This document shows positions 10,361 to 19,863 of a DNA stretch of 64,000 nt, in pieces. The translations under genes and the position numbers were made by a program. Position 1 is the first letter of the stretch; each line of letters opens with the position of its first letter. A model generated the notes under the pieces. That model was given only the letters and a program-made list of their open reading frames with translations, was not told where the DNA came from and ran no database searches. The stretch spans positions 8,566 through 72,565 of the forward strand of contig CANRAF010000004.1 in the NCBI GenBank assembly GCA_947628535.1, read 5' to 3'. The stretch is from an uncultured Bacilli bacterium. GTDB taxonomy: Bacteria > Bacillota_I > Bacilli_A > RF39 > UBA660.

Positions 10361-10434
10361 AATATCACCAACTAACGCTTACATTATAGCATAAAGTTAG
10401 TTATTTGTAAAAATAAAAGGTCAATAATAACCTT

Positions 10435-11073
10435 TTATATCTTTCCAAATAGATTTATTAAAACAGGATCTATAAATACATTCATCATACTTATTGCTAT
10501 TACTGCTATAAAAGAATAAAGTAAAACTTTGAAATATTTTTTTATATTATTTTTAATATCTATTTCTTCTTTAGTGAAGCATAATTTGATTATTTTATAA
10601 GATATTTTTATTGCAAAAAAGGTTAAAATAAATAAAACTGTTATGTAACATATTTTAGTAGGTACAAGATAAAATAATGAACCAATTATACCTTTTGCGC
10701 TATAAGTATTAAAGATACTTGCTATTGAAAAACCAATACTAAATAGTTCACAAAAATAGATAAAAATACATGCTATAACTCCGATTACACTAATACCTAA
10801 AATCCAAATTAAAAAGGTATTAAATGTATTACTTAATATACTTTCTTTTAACAAATTTAAGTAATCATAACTTTCTTTTATCGTAAAATAATTAGTAATA
10901 GATTCATTTACTGTATTTTTATCTTGTCCATTCATTAAAAAGAAAAAAACTACCCCTAATAATAATGAAAAAATAGAAAAAGAAATGAGAAATATAAATA
11001 GATTTTTTGCATTAAATTTTACTTTTTTTAGACTAAATGATTTAATACTTTTATTTTTTAAATTCATTCTCAT
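10435..11073 (-). CDS. Polytopic membrane protein, possibly SpoIIM/DUF95-like.
   Basis: 212 aa with 4-5 predicted TM segments. Resemblance to stage II sporulation protein M is weak. A hairpin terminator overlaps its stop. Confidence 0.35.
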   Translation of the reverse strand: MRMNLKNKSIKSFSLKKVKFNAKNLFIFLISFSIFSLLLGVVFFFLMNGQDKNTVNESITNYFTIKESYDYLNLLKESILSNTFNTFLIWILGISVIGVIACIFIYFCELFSIGFSIASIFNTYSAKGIIGSLFYLVPTKICYITVLFILTFFAIKISYKIIKLCFTKEEIDIKNNIKKYFKVLLYSFIAVIAISMMNVFIDPVLINLFGKI

Positions 11074-11147
11074 ATTATCACCACTAAATTATATTTTTTT
11101 AAATATGTAAATAGTCTATTTTTTATTAGACAAATTTCTTATCATAA

Positions 11148-11176
11148 TTGACTAGAATTTTTCTCTTTGTTATAAT
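11148..11176 (+). promoter_or_regulatory. Sigma-A-type promoter for the small peptide gene.
   Basis: TTGACT, a 17-nt spacer, then TATAAT. The -10 ends 21 nt before the ATG at 11197. Confidence 0.45.
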
Positions 11177-11196
11177 TATTGTAGCGGAGGTGCTTT

Positions 11197-11307
11197 ATGA
11201 ATAAAAAATTTCAAAAAATAGTAATTTTCCTTATGCTTTTTGGACTTTTAGGGTCTTCAGTTGCTGTTTGTATTTATTATATTGTTTCAGCACATGTCTT
11301 AGGTTAA
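11197..11307 (+). CDS. Unannotated 36-aa hydrophobic peptide (MNKKFQKIVIFLMLFGLLGSSVAVCIYYIVSAHVLG).
   Basis: Not in the ORF track because it is too short. GGAGG RBS 7 nt upstream. It has its own consensus promoter and is followed immediately by a perfect-palindrome terminator. One TM helix with a basic N-terminus. Confidence 0.4.
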   Translation: MNKKFQKIVIFLMLFGLLGSSVAVCIYYIVSAHVLG

Positions 11308-11329
11308 GTTAATTAACTTAATTTTTTTT
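11304..11329 (+). terminator. Rho-independent terminator of the small peptide gene.
   Basis: Perfect 18-nt palindrome TTAAGTTAATTAACTTAA followed by T8. Confidence 0.5.
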
Positions 11330-11361
11330 ATAATTGCGGTCATAATAATAATGGTGATATT

Positions 11362-11883
11362 ATGAGCGTTTTATTTTTATGTATAAAAATTTTTCTAGTA
11401 AGAATTGTTGATGTTACTCTTGGTACTTTAAGAACAATTATTACTGTTAAAGATAAAATATTTTTAGCAAGTGTTATAGGTTTTTTTGAAACTTTAGTGT
11501 GGTTTTTAATTGTTAATGAGGCACTTGATACTACTTCTGATAGTGTTTTTATTGGAATATTTTATGCTCTTGGATTTGCCTGTGGAACTTATATTGGTGG
11601 TAAAATATCTGGTAGAGTTATAAAGGGGAATTTATCTGTTCAAGTTATTACTTCAAAGGCCACTAACGGATGGCTTAAAAATTTAAGAGATAATGGTTTT
11701 GCAGTATCAGTTATGGATATTAGACAAAAAGATGAAGATCCTGATAAATATATGTTTTTCTTGGAAATAAATAAAAATGATTTCGATAAATTACACAAAC
11801 TTATAAAAAAATTTGATAAAAATGCTTTTATTGTGGTTAATGAAAGTAAAACTGTTATCAATGGTTATTTTAGTCAAAAATAA
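11362..11883 (+). CDS. UPF0316/DUF2179 family membrane protein (YebE-like).
   Basis: N-terminal membrane domain with ...VDVTLGTLRTIITVKDKIFLASVIGFFETLVWFLIV..., and a C-terminal soluble DUF2179-like domain. 173 aa. Confidence 0.6.
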   Translation: MSVLFLCIKIFLVRIVDVTLGTLRTIITVKDKIFLASVIGFFETLVWFLIVNEALDTTSDSVFIGIFYALGFACGTYIGGKISGRVIKGNLSVQVITSKATNGWLKNLRDNGFAVSVMDIRQKDEDPDKYMFFLEINKNDFDKLHKLIKKFDKNAFIVVNESKTVINGYFSQK

Positions 11884-11889
11884 AAGAAC

Positions 11890-13278
11890 CTACTCTTTTA
11901 TTTTACATTTAAAGTAAAAGCAAGTTCCTTTATTTGTTTTTGACTCTATTCCATATTCAAAATGATGTTTTTCTAAAATTTCCTTTACTATTGAAAGGCC
12001 AAGTCCTGTTCCAACAGTTGTTCTTCGGTGCCTTTTATTAATTCTAAAATATTTATTCCAAACAAGTTTTTTATCTTCTTCGCTGATACCTTTACCAGTA
12101 TCAATTATTTTTACCTTTAAATAGTTATTTTCTTCTTCAAAAGCAACTTTTATTTTCTTATCATCTCCAGTATAATTTATTGCATTATTAATAAGATTAT
12201 ATATTACTCTTTCAATACCTTTTTTATCTGCTTCAATTATATAGTTTTTGGTTTCATTAAATTCAAAAGTGTATCCTTCATTTTTATAAATAGCAAATCT
12301 TTCTAAAATTATTTCTATTTCTTTTTTTATGTTTATTTTTTCAAGTTTTAATTTTGACGTTCCAGATTCCATTTTTGAAAGAAGCAAAATATCATTAACA
12401 AGAGTGTTTAATCTTTCTGCTTCATCTATTATAATATTTAAATCTCTTTCTCTTTTCTTTTTGTTATTATAGTTTAAATCTTTTGCAGATGATGCATATG
12501 CCTCTATCATGGTGAGTGGTGTTTTTAAATCATGGCTAATATTTGCAAGAAATTCTTTTCGAAGTTCTTCGGTTTTTTCAAGTTCTCTTGCAGCTTCATT
12601 TAAGGTACTTGCAAGTTCTTTAAGCTCTAAAACTTCACTATCACAAGTAAATTTTATTTTTTCTCCTTTTTTAGCAAGTTTTTTAGCCGTTAAATTAATT
12701 TTTAAAATTGGATCTGCAATTCTTCTTGAAAAGTAATAAGAGATAATAAGAGATAAAATTAAAACTATTATAGTTACTATAAACAGTTGTCCTTTTAAAA
12801 GATTTATACTTCTATCCATAGGTTTTAATGATAAATTTGCAAGCACATATGTATCATTATTTATTTTTTTACCATAAACTAATGACTTATTATTATATAC
12901 TGTATTTACAAACTCAAGTTTTAAGTATTTTTCATCACTATTTATAAAGTTGTTTCTTATTACTGAAATAGCAGTATTATCTTTACCAGCACAATTTTTA
13001 TAATAATCTGAATAGTATACAAGTTCATTATTTTCTATTATTTGAATGCAAACTTCATTATTTAATGAAATATCGTCAATTATATTTTTGGCATTTTCAT
13101 CTTCAATGTTTTTTTCTATTAAAGTAATAGTTTCTTTTAAAACTTTATTTTGATTCATTTTATAGTAAGTATTAAAAAATAGAACTTGAAAAAAATATAA
13201 AAATCCGAGGATTATAGCAGAGAATATTAGAAAATATATTAAAAGATTTGCTCTTAGACTTCTAGTCTTTAATTTCAA
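11890..13278 (-). CDS. Sensor histidine kinase (HisKA + HATPase_c) with an N-terminal double-TM sensor domain.
   Basis: H-box ISHDLKTPLT. G-boxes (GTGLGLSIVKEIL). Two TM segments flank an extracellular domain of about 130 aa. Its start overlaps the response regulator's stop. Confidence 0.85.
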   Translation of the reverse strand: MKLKTRSLRANLLIYFLIFSAIILGFLYFFQVLFFNTYYKMNQNKVLKETITLIEKNIEDENAKNIIDDISLNNEVCIQIIENNELVYYSDYYKNCAGKDNTAISVIRNNFINSDEKYLKLEFVNTVYNNKSLVYGKKINNDTYVLANLSLKPMDRSINLLKGQLFIVTIIVLILSLIISYYFSRRIADPILKINLTAKKLAKKGEKIKFTCDSEVLELKELASTLNEAARELEKTEELRKEFLANISHDLKTPLTMIEAYASSAKDLNYNNKKKRERDLNIIIDEAERLNTLVNDILLLSKMESGTSKLKLEKINIKKEIEIILERFAIYKNEGYTFEFNETKNYIIEADKKGIERVIYNLINNAINYTGDDKKIKVAFEEENNYLKVKIIDTGKGISEEDKKLVWNKYFRINKRHRRTTVGTGLGLSIVKEILEKHHFEYGIESKTNKGTCFYFKCKIKE

Positions 13279-13927
13279 ATTTATATCCTACTGCTCTTAC
13301 GGTTTTTATTAAATTTCTATATTCTCCAAGATTATTTCTAAGCATTTTTATGTGAGTATCTACTGTTCTATCATCTCCGAAAAAATCAAATCCCCATATT
13401 TTTTTTAAGAGTTGTTCTCTTGATAAGGCAACGTTTTTATTATCAATAAAATATAATAAAAGATTATATTCTTTGGGCGTTAATGCTATTTCTTTGTCAT
13501 TTATAGTTACGCTGTGTCCAATTTTATCTAATTTCAAACCTTTATAAGAAAAAACGTCAGTTTCTTCTTTTTTATTTCTTTTTAGCACTGCTTTTATACG
13601 GGCCATTAACTCTTTAGGAGAAAATGGTTTAGTCATATAATCATCTACCCCTAAATCAAATCCTAAAAGTTTGTCTGCTTCTTCACTTCTCGCCGATAAT
13701 ACTATAGTGGGAATATTTTTAATACTTTTTATTTCACGATATGAAGAATAACCATCAAGTTTTGGCATCATTAAATCAAGAATTATAATATCATAATCAC
13801 TTGTTTTTACTTTTTCAATTGCTTCAATACCATTTTCTGCTTCATCTGTCATATAGCCTTCATTTTGACAGTATTCTCTTATAATATTTCTTATTAGTTC
13901 TTCATCATCTACTATTAAAACTTTCAT
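13262..13927 (-). CDS. OmpR-family response regulator (REC + winged-helix Trans_reg_C).
   Basis: MKVLIVDDEELIRN..., the D-box DIIILDLMMP, and the C-terminal winged helix ...RTVDTHIKMLRNNLG...VRAVGYKF. Confidence 0.9.
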   Translation of the reverse strand: MKVLIVDDEELIRNIIREYCQNEGYMTDEAENGIEAIEKVKTSDYDIIILDLMMPKLDGYSSYREIKSIKNIPTIVLSARSEEADKLLGFDLGVDDYMTKPFSPKELMARIKAVLKRNKKEETDVFSYKGLKLDKIGHSVTINDKEIALTPKEYNLLLYFIDNKNVALSREQLLKKIWGFDFFGDDRTVDTHIKMLRNNLGEYRNLIKTVRAVGYKFEIKD

Positions 13928-14197
13928 ATAGTTTTCTCCTCTCAGGATCTATTATAACATTTATTAAAAAAGACCAAAAGTCTTTATATTTAAGTTTTGA
14001 AAGAGGCAAAGTAAATATATTGATATGGATTTGTTTAATACAGGTTAAGGTTTAAATAAACTAATAATTATAAAAAAATAAAGTGAAAACTAATTTTTTA
14101 ACCTCTTTCATTTTAAATATTAAAATACAACTGTGTAACTTGTTAGTGTAATTTATGAAAGTTTTGTGAAATATAAGAAAAGAGCAATTTAATGCTC

Positions 14198-15172
14198 TTA
14201 TTCAGACTCTTTTAACATATTTGTAATTAAAATACCAAATCCTTTATGTGGGTCATCAACAACTACGTGGGTTACTGCTCCTACTAATTTATTATTTTGA
14301 ATTATTGGAGAACCACTCATTCCTTGCACAATACCATTACCTGTGTTTAAAAGTTTTTCATCAGTTACTTCAAATAAAATATTTTTTGTTTCATGTGTTT
14401 TATCTATATTTAAAATATTTATTTCAAAGTTTTCTTTAGCTGATCCATTAATTACTGTTTTAATGTATGCCTTTCCTTTTTCTATATCATTTGATATTGG
14501 AATGAGGTCATTTTGATTATAACTTTTTTTATAGGTTCCATAAATTCCTGTTTTGTCATTTTTATCTATATTTCCGTATACAATATCATCATTATAGATG
14601 GCATTTTTCTCCCCTACTTGTCCACGATTGGCTTTTTCAATACCTGTTACATCTGATTTAAATATTTTACCATTTGCTATTTCAAATTTAACTCCTGTTG
14701 TAGATTCTAAAATTTCATGTCCTAAGGCTCCGAATCTCTTGGTTGTGGGATCAATAAATGTTAAAGTTCCTATTCCAATTATGCTGTCTTTTACATAAAG
14801 ACCTGTTTTATATATTTGACCATCTTTTTTAAGTTTTAAGGTAGTTGTTTTTTGGTTTTCACCACGTTTATAAGTAATTTTTAGGCTTTCATTGTTATTT
14901 GAATATTTTGATAGATCAGTTATCCCATGAATAACAGTATCATCTACCTTTAAAATAACATCTCCTATTTTAAGTCCGGCATCTCTTCCTGGAGATTTAC
15001 CATTTACGCTATAGAAACCTACAATAAGTACACCATTTGAATTAACTTCTATTCCTACATTTTCTCCTCCAATGATTACTTCATTTGAATAAGCATAAGC
15101 AGAAGTTGGTATAATAATAGTAGTTGCTAAAAGAATCATTAATAGTTTGTTTTTAAAATTTTTAAAAAACAT
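14198..15172 (-). CDS. spoIVB: SpoIVB-family serine peptidase (S55) with a PDZ domain.
   Basis: Signal/TM segment, a PDZ-like segment (GDVILKVDDTVIHGITDL), and the catalytic serine region GNGIVQGMSGSPIIQNNKLVGAVTHV typical of SpoIVB peptidase. Confidence 0.75.
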   Translation of the reverse strand: MFFKNFKNKLLMILLATTIIIPTSAYAYSNEVIIGGENVGIEVNSNGVLIVGFYSVNGKSPGRDAGLKIGDVILKVDDTVIHGITDLSKYSNNNESLKITYKRGENQKTTTLKLKKDGQIYKTGLYVKDSIIGIGTLTFIDPTTKRFGALGHEILESTTGVKFEIANGKIFKSDVTGIEKANRGQVGEKNAIYNDDIVYGNIDKNDKTGIYGTYKKSYNQNDLIPISNDIEKGKAYIKTVINGSAKENFEINILNIDKTHETKNILFEVTDEKLLNTGNGIVQGMSGSPIIQNNKLVGAVTHVVVDDPHKGFGILITNMLKESE

Positions 15173-15253
15173 TTAATCAACTCCTTAAACAAACTACCAT
15201 TATTATTATCTGCAGTGATGTAAAAAATATATGTTTCAATATTTACCAAATAT

Positions 15254-16360
15254 TTAATTCTTTATTATTTTAGTAATATCCTTCATTTTTAAATCATCAT
15301 TTTTTATTTCATAATATAGACTTTCAATTGGTTTTAATAAGAGCATTAATAAAATGAAAATTACTGCAATTGTTTGATATAAAGTTTTTTCTTTTAAATT
15401 TTTTAAAAGTTTGTTTATTAGAGTATTAAATAAATTATTAATTTTAGATGTGCTAAAAATAATTACTAGGATAAGCGTTAAAATTAATGCATATAATACA
15501 TAGATATCATCGTATGTTTTATAAGAAAAGATTTTTTGAAATATTAAAGTAAATGGTCTATGAATTAGATATATTAAAAGGCAGTATTTTCCAGCATTTG
15601 TAATAATTTTAAGTTTTTTATCAGGAATTATTATATAAAGAGTGAATATAGCAATTAAACTTATAATAATTAAACCAATCCTAATAAAGACATCTTCAAA
15701 ATCTTTGTAATGATAATATAAAAGTTTATTAGTAGAAATACCTAATTTTGTAGTTACTAAAAATGTTATTACTATAATGGAGCTTATAAGTAAGCAAATT
15801 AAAAATTTTTTAAAATTTTTAGTGTTTTGAAATTTAATTTTTAAATTTTTAAAATCATATTTGTAACCTATTAGGAAAAATGGAAAAAATGCTATTGTTC
15901 TTACTATTGATAATGTATTTCCAACATCACTCCAATAACCAATTAGTATAGAGATAAAAATACTAATTGGAAGAATGCCTTTTATTTTTGAAAGTGGTCT
16001 TATCATAAGACGCCAAGCTATTACTGAAAGCAAATACCAATATGAATATTGTGCTACTAAAAGATGAAATGAGTTTTCATGAAGATAAAATCTTGTAAAT
16101 AGCATTAAAAAGGTATTAAAAATTAAATATATTACTATTAATTTAGCATATGATTTTGCTTTGAAAACATTTTCACTTCTACTTAAATAACCTGTTGTAA
16201 AAATAAATGCTGGCATGTGAAAAAGATAGATAAATGTAGTTATATCACTTGCTAAAGTATTTGTAAGATGAGTTTTATATGTAAAAAGGAAATGAGCAAA
16301 GACTACAAGTATTATTAGTATTCCTTTATAATTATCCCAAAATGCACTTCTCTGTTTCAT
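15254..16360 (-). CDS. Acyltransferase family 3 (OafA/YrhL-like) membrane O-acyltransferase.
   Basis: N-terminus RSAFWDNYKGILIILVVFAHF matches the acyltransferase-3 signature. About 10 TM helices. First gene of the surface-polymer locus. Confidence 0.75.
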   Translation of the reverse strand: MKQRSAFWDNYKGILIILVVFAHFLFTYKTHLTNTLASDITTFIYLFHMPAFIFTTGYLSRSENVFKAKSYAKLIVIYLIFNTFLMLFTRFYLHENSFHLLVAQYSYWYLLSVIAWRLMIRPLSKIKGILPISIFISILIGYWSDVGNTLSIVRTIAFFPFFLIGYKYDFKNLKIKFQNTKNFKKFLICLLISSIIVITFLVTTKLGISTNKLLYYHYKDFEDVFIRIGLIIISLIAIFTLYIIIPDKKLKIITNAGKYCLLIYLIHRPFTLIFQKIFSYKTYDDIYVLYALILTLILVIIFSTSKINNLFNTLINKLLKNLKEKTLYQTIAVIFILLMLLLKPIESLYYEIKNDDLKMKDITKIIKN

Positions 16361-16420
16361 TTTTTATCCCCCTATGTTATTATAGCATTATTTTATTAAA
16401 TAAAAAAGACATGATTCTTA

Positions 16421-17716
16421 TTATTTTTTCATATCTTTTTCGTTTAACTCTTCAAGCTCTTTTATATATTTTTCATAAATATGGCGTCTTCCAATTTGGT
16501 CTGGGGCCTGTGTTAAATCAAAGTTTGGCATACTATTTCCTTCAATTAGTTCAATTTCTCCTTTTTCTGTTATTGCGATATCCCATCCAATATGCCTTAA
16601 CTCTGGAATAAGCCTACCACATTCTTCAATTGCTTTTATGATTTTATCAAAACATGGTACTTGAAAATCTTTAAATTTTACTTTGCTATCAGGGTGAATA
16701 TCAGAGTATCTGTGATACATATCTATAGCATCAGATATTATTTTTCCTGTTTTTGGATCTACTATAGCTCCCATTCCACCACAATGGAAATTATCTACAT
16801 CTTTTCCTTTTCTACCAAGTCTTGCGCATGCAATTAATATTCTTACTTTATCATCTGCACAACGAAGAGAATATACTCTAATAGTATTTAATGTTGTTCT
16901 ATTGAATTTTGCCATATCTTTATGTTGTTTTACTATTTCTTCAACAATAAAATTATGGTCTTTGCAGTATTCATAAAGTTCATTAGTACTATTAAAATTT
17001 TTAGAATCAATAATGCATGCTCCACCCCCCCCAGTACCTTCTATAGGTTTAGCAAAAAATTTAGGGAATTCTTTTACAAACTTACTAAATTCTTCTTGGG
17101 TCGCAGTATTAGCATTTAAAAATTTTCTTTTAACATATTTTTTAAATGTTTTATTAAATTGTTCTTTATCCTTTAATAAATAGATAAATTCTCTATTATT
17201 TGCGGCTTTATATACTTTATATACCCATCCTCTGTTTAAGAACTTTTCTGATTCTTCAAATGTTCTATTGTATAGTTCAAAATCAAAGAAATCATGATAC
17301 CAGTAACCATTTACTTTATAGGTATATAAAAATTTTATTAATAAATCCACCATGTCTTTATTAGTATTTTTAAAAAGATGGACTTGTCTTTTATAAATTT
17401 TTTTAAATCCTCTCATTTCAAATTTTATTTTATCTAAATACTCATTATCTTTAAAAACTATGTGTTTAACGTTTTTCTTTATGTCAGACTTAAACTCTAA
17501 ACTATCTAATATATAAGTCTTGTGAATAGGAATATTTTGTATTTCACGGTATTCCTCAGGAAGTTTTGTTTTAGTTATAAGACATATTTCTCTAACTGTA
17601 AAAAGAGGAACATTTTTATATACATATGTTTTTTTAGGATTAACTTTCTTATATATTTTCTTTAATTTTCTTTTTACTTTTCTCACTATTTTCATTTGAA
17701 ACCACTCCCTAGTCAA
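16421..17716 (-). CDS. ATP-grasp_ST (sugar-transfer-associated ATP-grasp) amidoligase paralogue A (431 aa). Contains an in-frame G8 tract.
   Basis: Family motifs FAKPIEGTGGGGACIID (Gly loop), VEEIVKQHKDMAKFNRTTLNTIRV, RLGRKGKDVDNFHCGGMGAIVDPKTGKI, HPDSKVKFKDFQVPCFDKI and IGWDIAITEKGEIELIEGN. Confidence 0.7.
   Translation of the reverse strand: MTREWFQMKIVRKVKRKLKKIYKKVNPKKTYVYKNVPLFTVREICLITKTKLPEEYREIQNIPIHKTYILDSLEFKSDIKKNVKHIVFKDNEYLDKIKFEMRGFKKIYKRQVHLFKNTNKDMVDLLIKFLYTYKVNGYWYHDFFDFELYNRTFEESEKFLNRGWVYKVYKAANNREFIYLLKDKEQFNKTFKKYVKRKFLNANTATQEEFSKFVKEFPKFFAKPIEGTGGGGACIIDSKNFNSTNELYEYCKDHNFIVEEIVKQHKDMAKFNRTTLNTIRVYSLRCADDKVRILIACARLGRKGKDVDNFHCGGMGAIVDPKTGKIISDAIDMYHRYSDIHPDSKVKFKDFQVPCFDKIIKAIEECGRLIPELRHIGWDIAITEKGEIELIEGNSMPNFDLTQAPDQIGRRHIYEKYIKELEELNEKDMKK
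17035..17042 (-). repeat. Homopolymeric G8 tract (C8 on the plus strand) encoding the Gly-rich loop of ATP-grasp paralogue A.
   Basis: Plus strand tccaCCCCCCCCagt. On the coding strand it reads GGT ACT GGG GGG GGT GGA = G T G G G G. Confidence 0.9.
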
Positions 17717-18452
17717 GATTTTTCATATATTCTTCATATTTATCTACTACTTCTTGGGCAGGCCCATCACCTTTTATTTCACCTTCGTTAAGCCAAATTA
17801 CTCTATCGCAAAGTGATTTTAAGGTTTTAGAACTATGTGATACTATAATTACTGTTCTATTTTCATCATTTATTAATTCTTTCATTTTGTTGTAACTTTT
17901 TTCTCTAAAATGAATATCTCCTACTGACAATACTTCATCAATTAACATAATATCTGTTTCCAAAATAGCTGTTATTGAAAAAGCAAGTTTTGAATACATT
18001 CCTGATGAATATGAGAGTACAGGTTTATAGATAAAATCCCCAAGTTCGGAAAATTCTATTATTTCGTCTAAACGTTTTTTTATTTCTTCTTCAGTATACC
18101 CGAGAAGAAGTCCTGATAGAAAAATATTTTCGTATCCAGATAATTTTCTTTGGAATCCTACTCCAATTGAAAGTAAAGAAATGCTGTTTCCATGAAGATC
18201 GATTTCTCCACTATCTGCTGAAAATATACCTGCTATTGCTCTTAAAAGAGTAGATTTCCCACTACCATTTTTCCCGCATATTCCTACTATTTCACCTTTA
18301 GGTATTTCAAAAGATACATTTTTTACAGCATGGAAATTGCGAGCATTTACTAAATTATTTAAACCAGATTTAGCTATAGAAAATCTTTTTATTTCCTTAT
18401 AGAAAATATTTAAATTTTTAACTGTTATTGCTATTTTTTCTTTTTTTGCCAT
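17709..18452 (-). CDS. ABC transporter ATP-binding protein, TagH/Wzt-like polysaccharide or teichoic-acid exporter.
   Basis: Walker A GKNGSGKST, ABC signature YSSGMYSKLAF, Walker B IMLIDEVLSVGD. Start overlaps the permease gene. Confidence 0.85.
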   Translation of the reverse strand: MAKKEKIAITVKNLNIFYKEIKRFSIAKSGLNNLVNARNFHAVKNVSFEIPKGEIVGICGKNGSGKSTLLRAIAGIFSADSGEIDLHGNSISLLSIGVGFQRKLSGYENIFLSGLLLGYTEEEIKKRLDEIIEFSELGDFIYKPVLSYSSGMYSKLAFSITAILETDIMLIDEVLSVGDIHFREKSYNKMKELINDENRTVIIVSHSSKTLKSLCDRVIWLNEGEIKGDGPAQEVVDKYEEYMKNLD

Positions 18453-19240
18453 TATCTCATCACCTTTACATAAGTATTTTCATATTTATAGATTGTTCTT
18501 ATTCCAAGTAGTGCAAGTAAAAGCCCAATAACGAACCATGCACCCATCAAGGTGAAATCCATACTCATGCCATATAATAAAACATCACGGCACTGCGTTA
18601 TGATCGCGGCTACTGGATTGGCTACTATTAATATCTCATTGTATGGCTCTGGGACTCTTTTATCTAAGGCAAAGAATACACCTGAAGCGTAAAATACAAG
18701 TCTTAAAGCAATTGTAGTAATGTTAGCTAAATCTTGAACAAATACTCCAAAATGCATAAATATAGCACAAATACCAAATGTAAATATAAATAGTATTATA
18801 AAAATTGGGAAAAAATATAGAACATTCCAAGTTATAGGTACTTGGTAAATAGCCATACAAATTATTACTAATAAGAATGAAATAAAGAATTTTACAGAAT
18901 TTATGGACATTCTAGTAAGTAAAAGAATAAATTTTGGGACATACACTTTTGTTACAGTATCTCTATTTGAAAGGACTAAACGAACACTTGCAAGTAAACT
19001 TTTTTGAAAGAAACTCCAAATTGTAAGTCCAATAAATACGAACACAGGGAAATATTCAACACTTGAATTGAATACAACAATTGCTATAAATGTATAAATA
19101 AGCATAAAGCAAATTGGTTCTAAGAAAAGCCAAATCCAGCTTAAATATGATCCTGCTATTTCAGCTTTTAATCCAGATTTTGTTGCATATGCTATGTATT
19201 TAGAATATTTCTTTAAATCCTTAAAAAATCTTTTTATCAT
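18452..19240 (-). CDS. ABC-2 type permease (TagG/Wzm-like).
   Basis: 262 aa, six TM segments, ABC-2 membrane-domain architecture. Immediately upstream of the ATPase gene. Confidence 0.8.
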   Translation of the reverse strand: MIKRFFKDLKKYSKYIAYATKSGLKAEIAGSYLSWIWLFLEPICFMLIYTFIAIVVFNSSVEYFPVFVFIGLTIWSFFQKSLLASVRLVLSNRDTVTKVYVPKFILLLTRMSINSVKFFISFLLVIICMAIYQVPITWNVLYFFPIFIILFIFTFGICAIFMHFGVFVQDLANITTIALRLVFYASGVFFALDKRVPEPYNEILIVANPVAAIITQCRDVLLYGMSMDFTLMGAWFVIGLLLALLGIRTIYKYENTYVKVMR

Positions 19241-19845
19241 TCTTTATCATCTTCCTTTTGTTTTTTAAAGCTTTCATATTCATCGGGTGTATTATAATCA
19301 ATAGTATTTTTATCTACTATTATAAATTTATCTTTTATTTGTTTTACATCAAATTCAAGGTTTTGAAATGATTGATATATTTGCCAGCCTTTACAGTTTC
19401 TTATTTTGCCTGAATTAAATAAATTTCTTACATTTTCAATGTGTTTTTTAAATAAAGATGAATCTTTTACTTTAATAGCAACAATTGATTTTTCATTTCC
19501 AAAGAATAAAATATCTTCAGGTTCTGTTTCAATTATTCTTTTTATATCTTTATCTGAATAATAAGTATCTCCATAAAGAAAACAAATATTGTTTTCAATA
19601 AGCTCAGCTGTAAATCTATCTAATTCAATTATATTTTGATTTGGTTCATATCTTGTTGCACCTTCAACTTCATATCTTTTGTCATGAGAAGTTATAATTA
19701 TTTCACTATTTTTATCAAACTTTTTAAGTTGTCTTACTATTCTCTCTAAAATAACTTCGCCATTTATTTTCATCAAATGTTTTGGTGTATCTTTATAGTT
19801 GTTCCATCTTTTGCCTTTCCCATCGGCCATTATTATATATTTCAT
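19237..19845 (-). CDS. MobA-like/LicC-like nucleotidyltransferase. Putative phospho-alcohol or sugar cytidylyltransferase.
   Basis: N-terminus MKYIIMADGKGKRW...TPKHLMKINGEVILERIVRQL matches the NTP_transf_3 G-x-G-x-R motif and the following PK(A/H)L motif. Confidence 0.55.
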   Translation of the reverse strand: MKYIIMADGKGKRWNNYKDTPKHLMKINGEVILERIVRQLKKFDKNSEIIITSHDKRYEVEGATRYEPNQNIIELDRFTAELIENNICFLYGDTYYSDKDIKRIIETEPEDILFFGNEKSIVAIKVKDSSLFKKHIENVRNLFNSGKIRNCKGWQIYQSFQNLEFDVKQIKDKFIIVDKNTIDYNTPDEYESFKKQKEDDKE

Positions 19846-19863
19846 AACATCACCTTGATATTT

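Noticed and set aside
13262-13927. Response regulator immediately downstream of spoIVB, considered as Spo0A.
   Set aside because: The C-terminal domain is a canonical OmpR/PhoB winged helix (..RTVDTHIKMLRNNLG..VRAVGYKF), not the Spo0A-specific effector domain.
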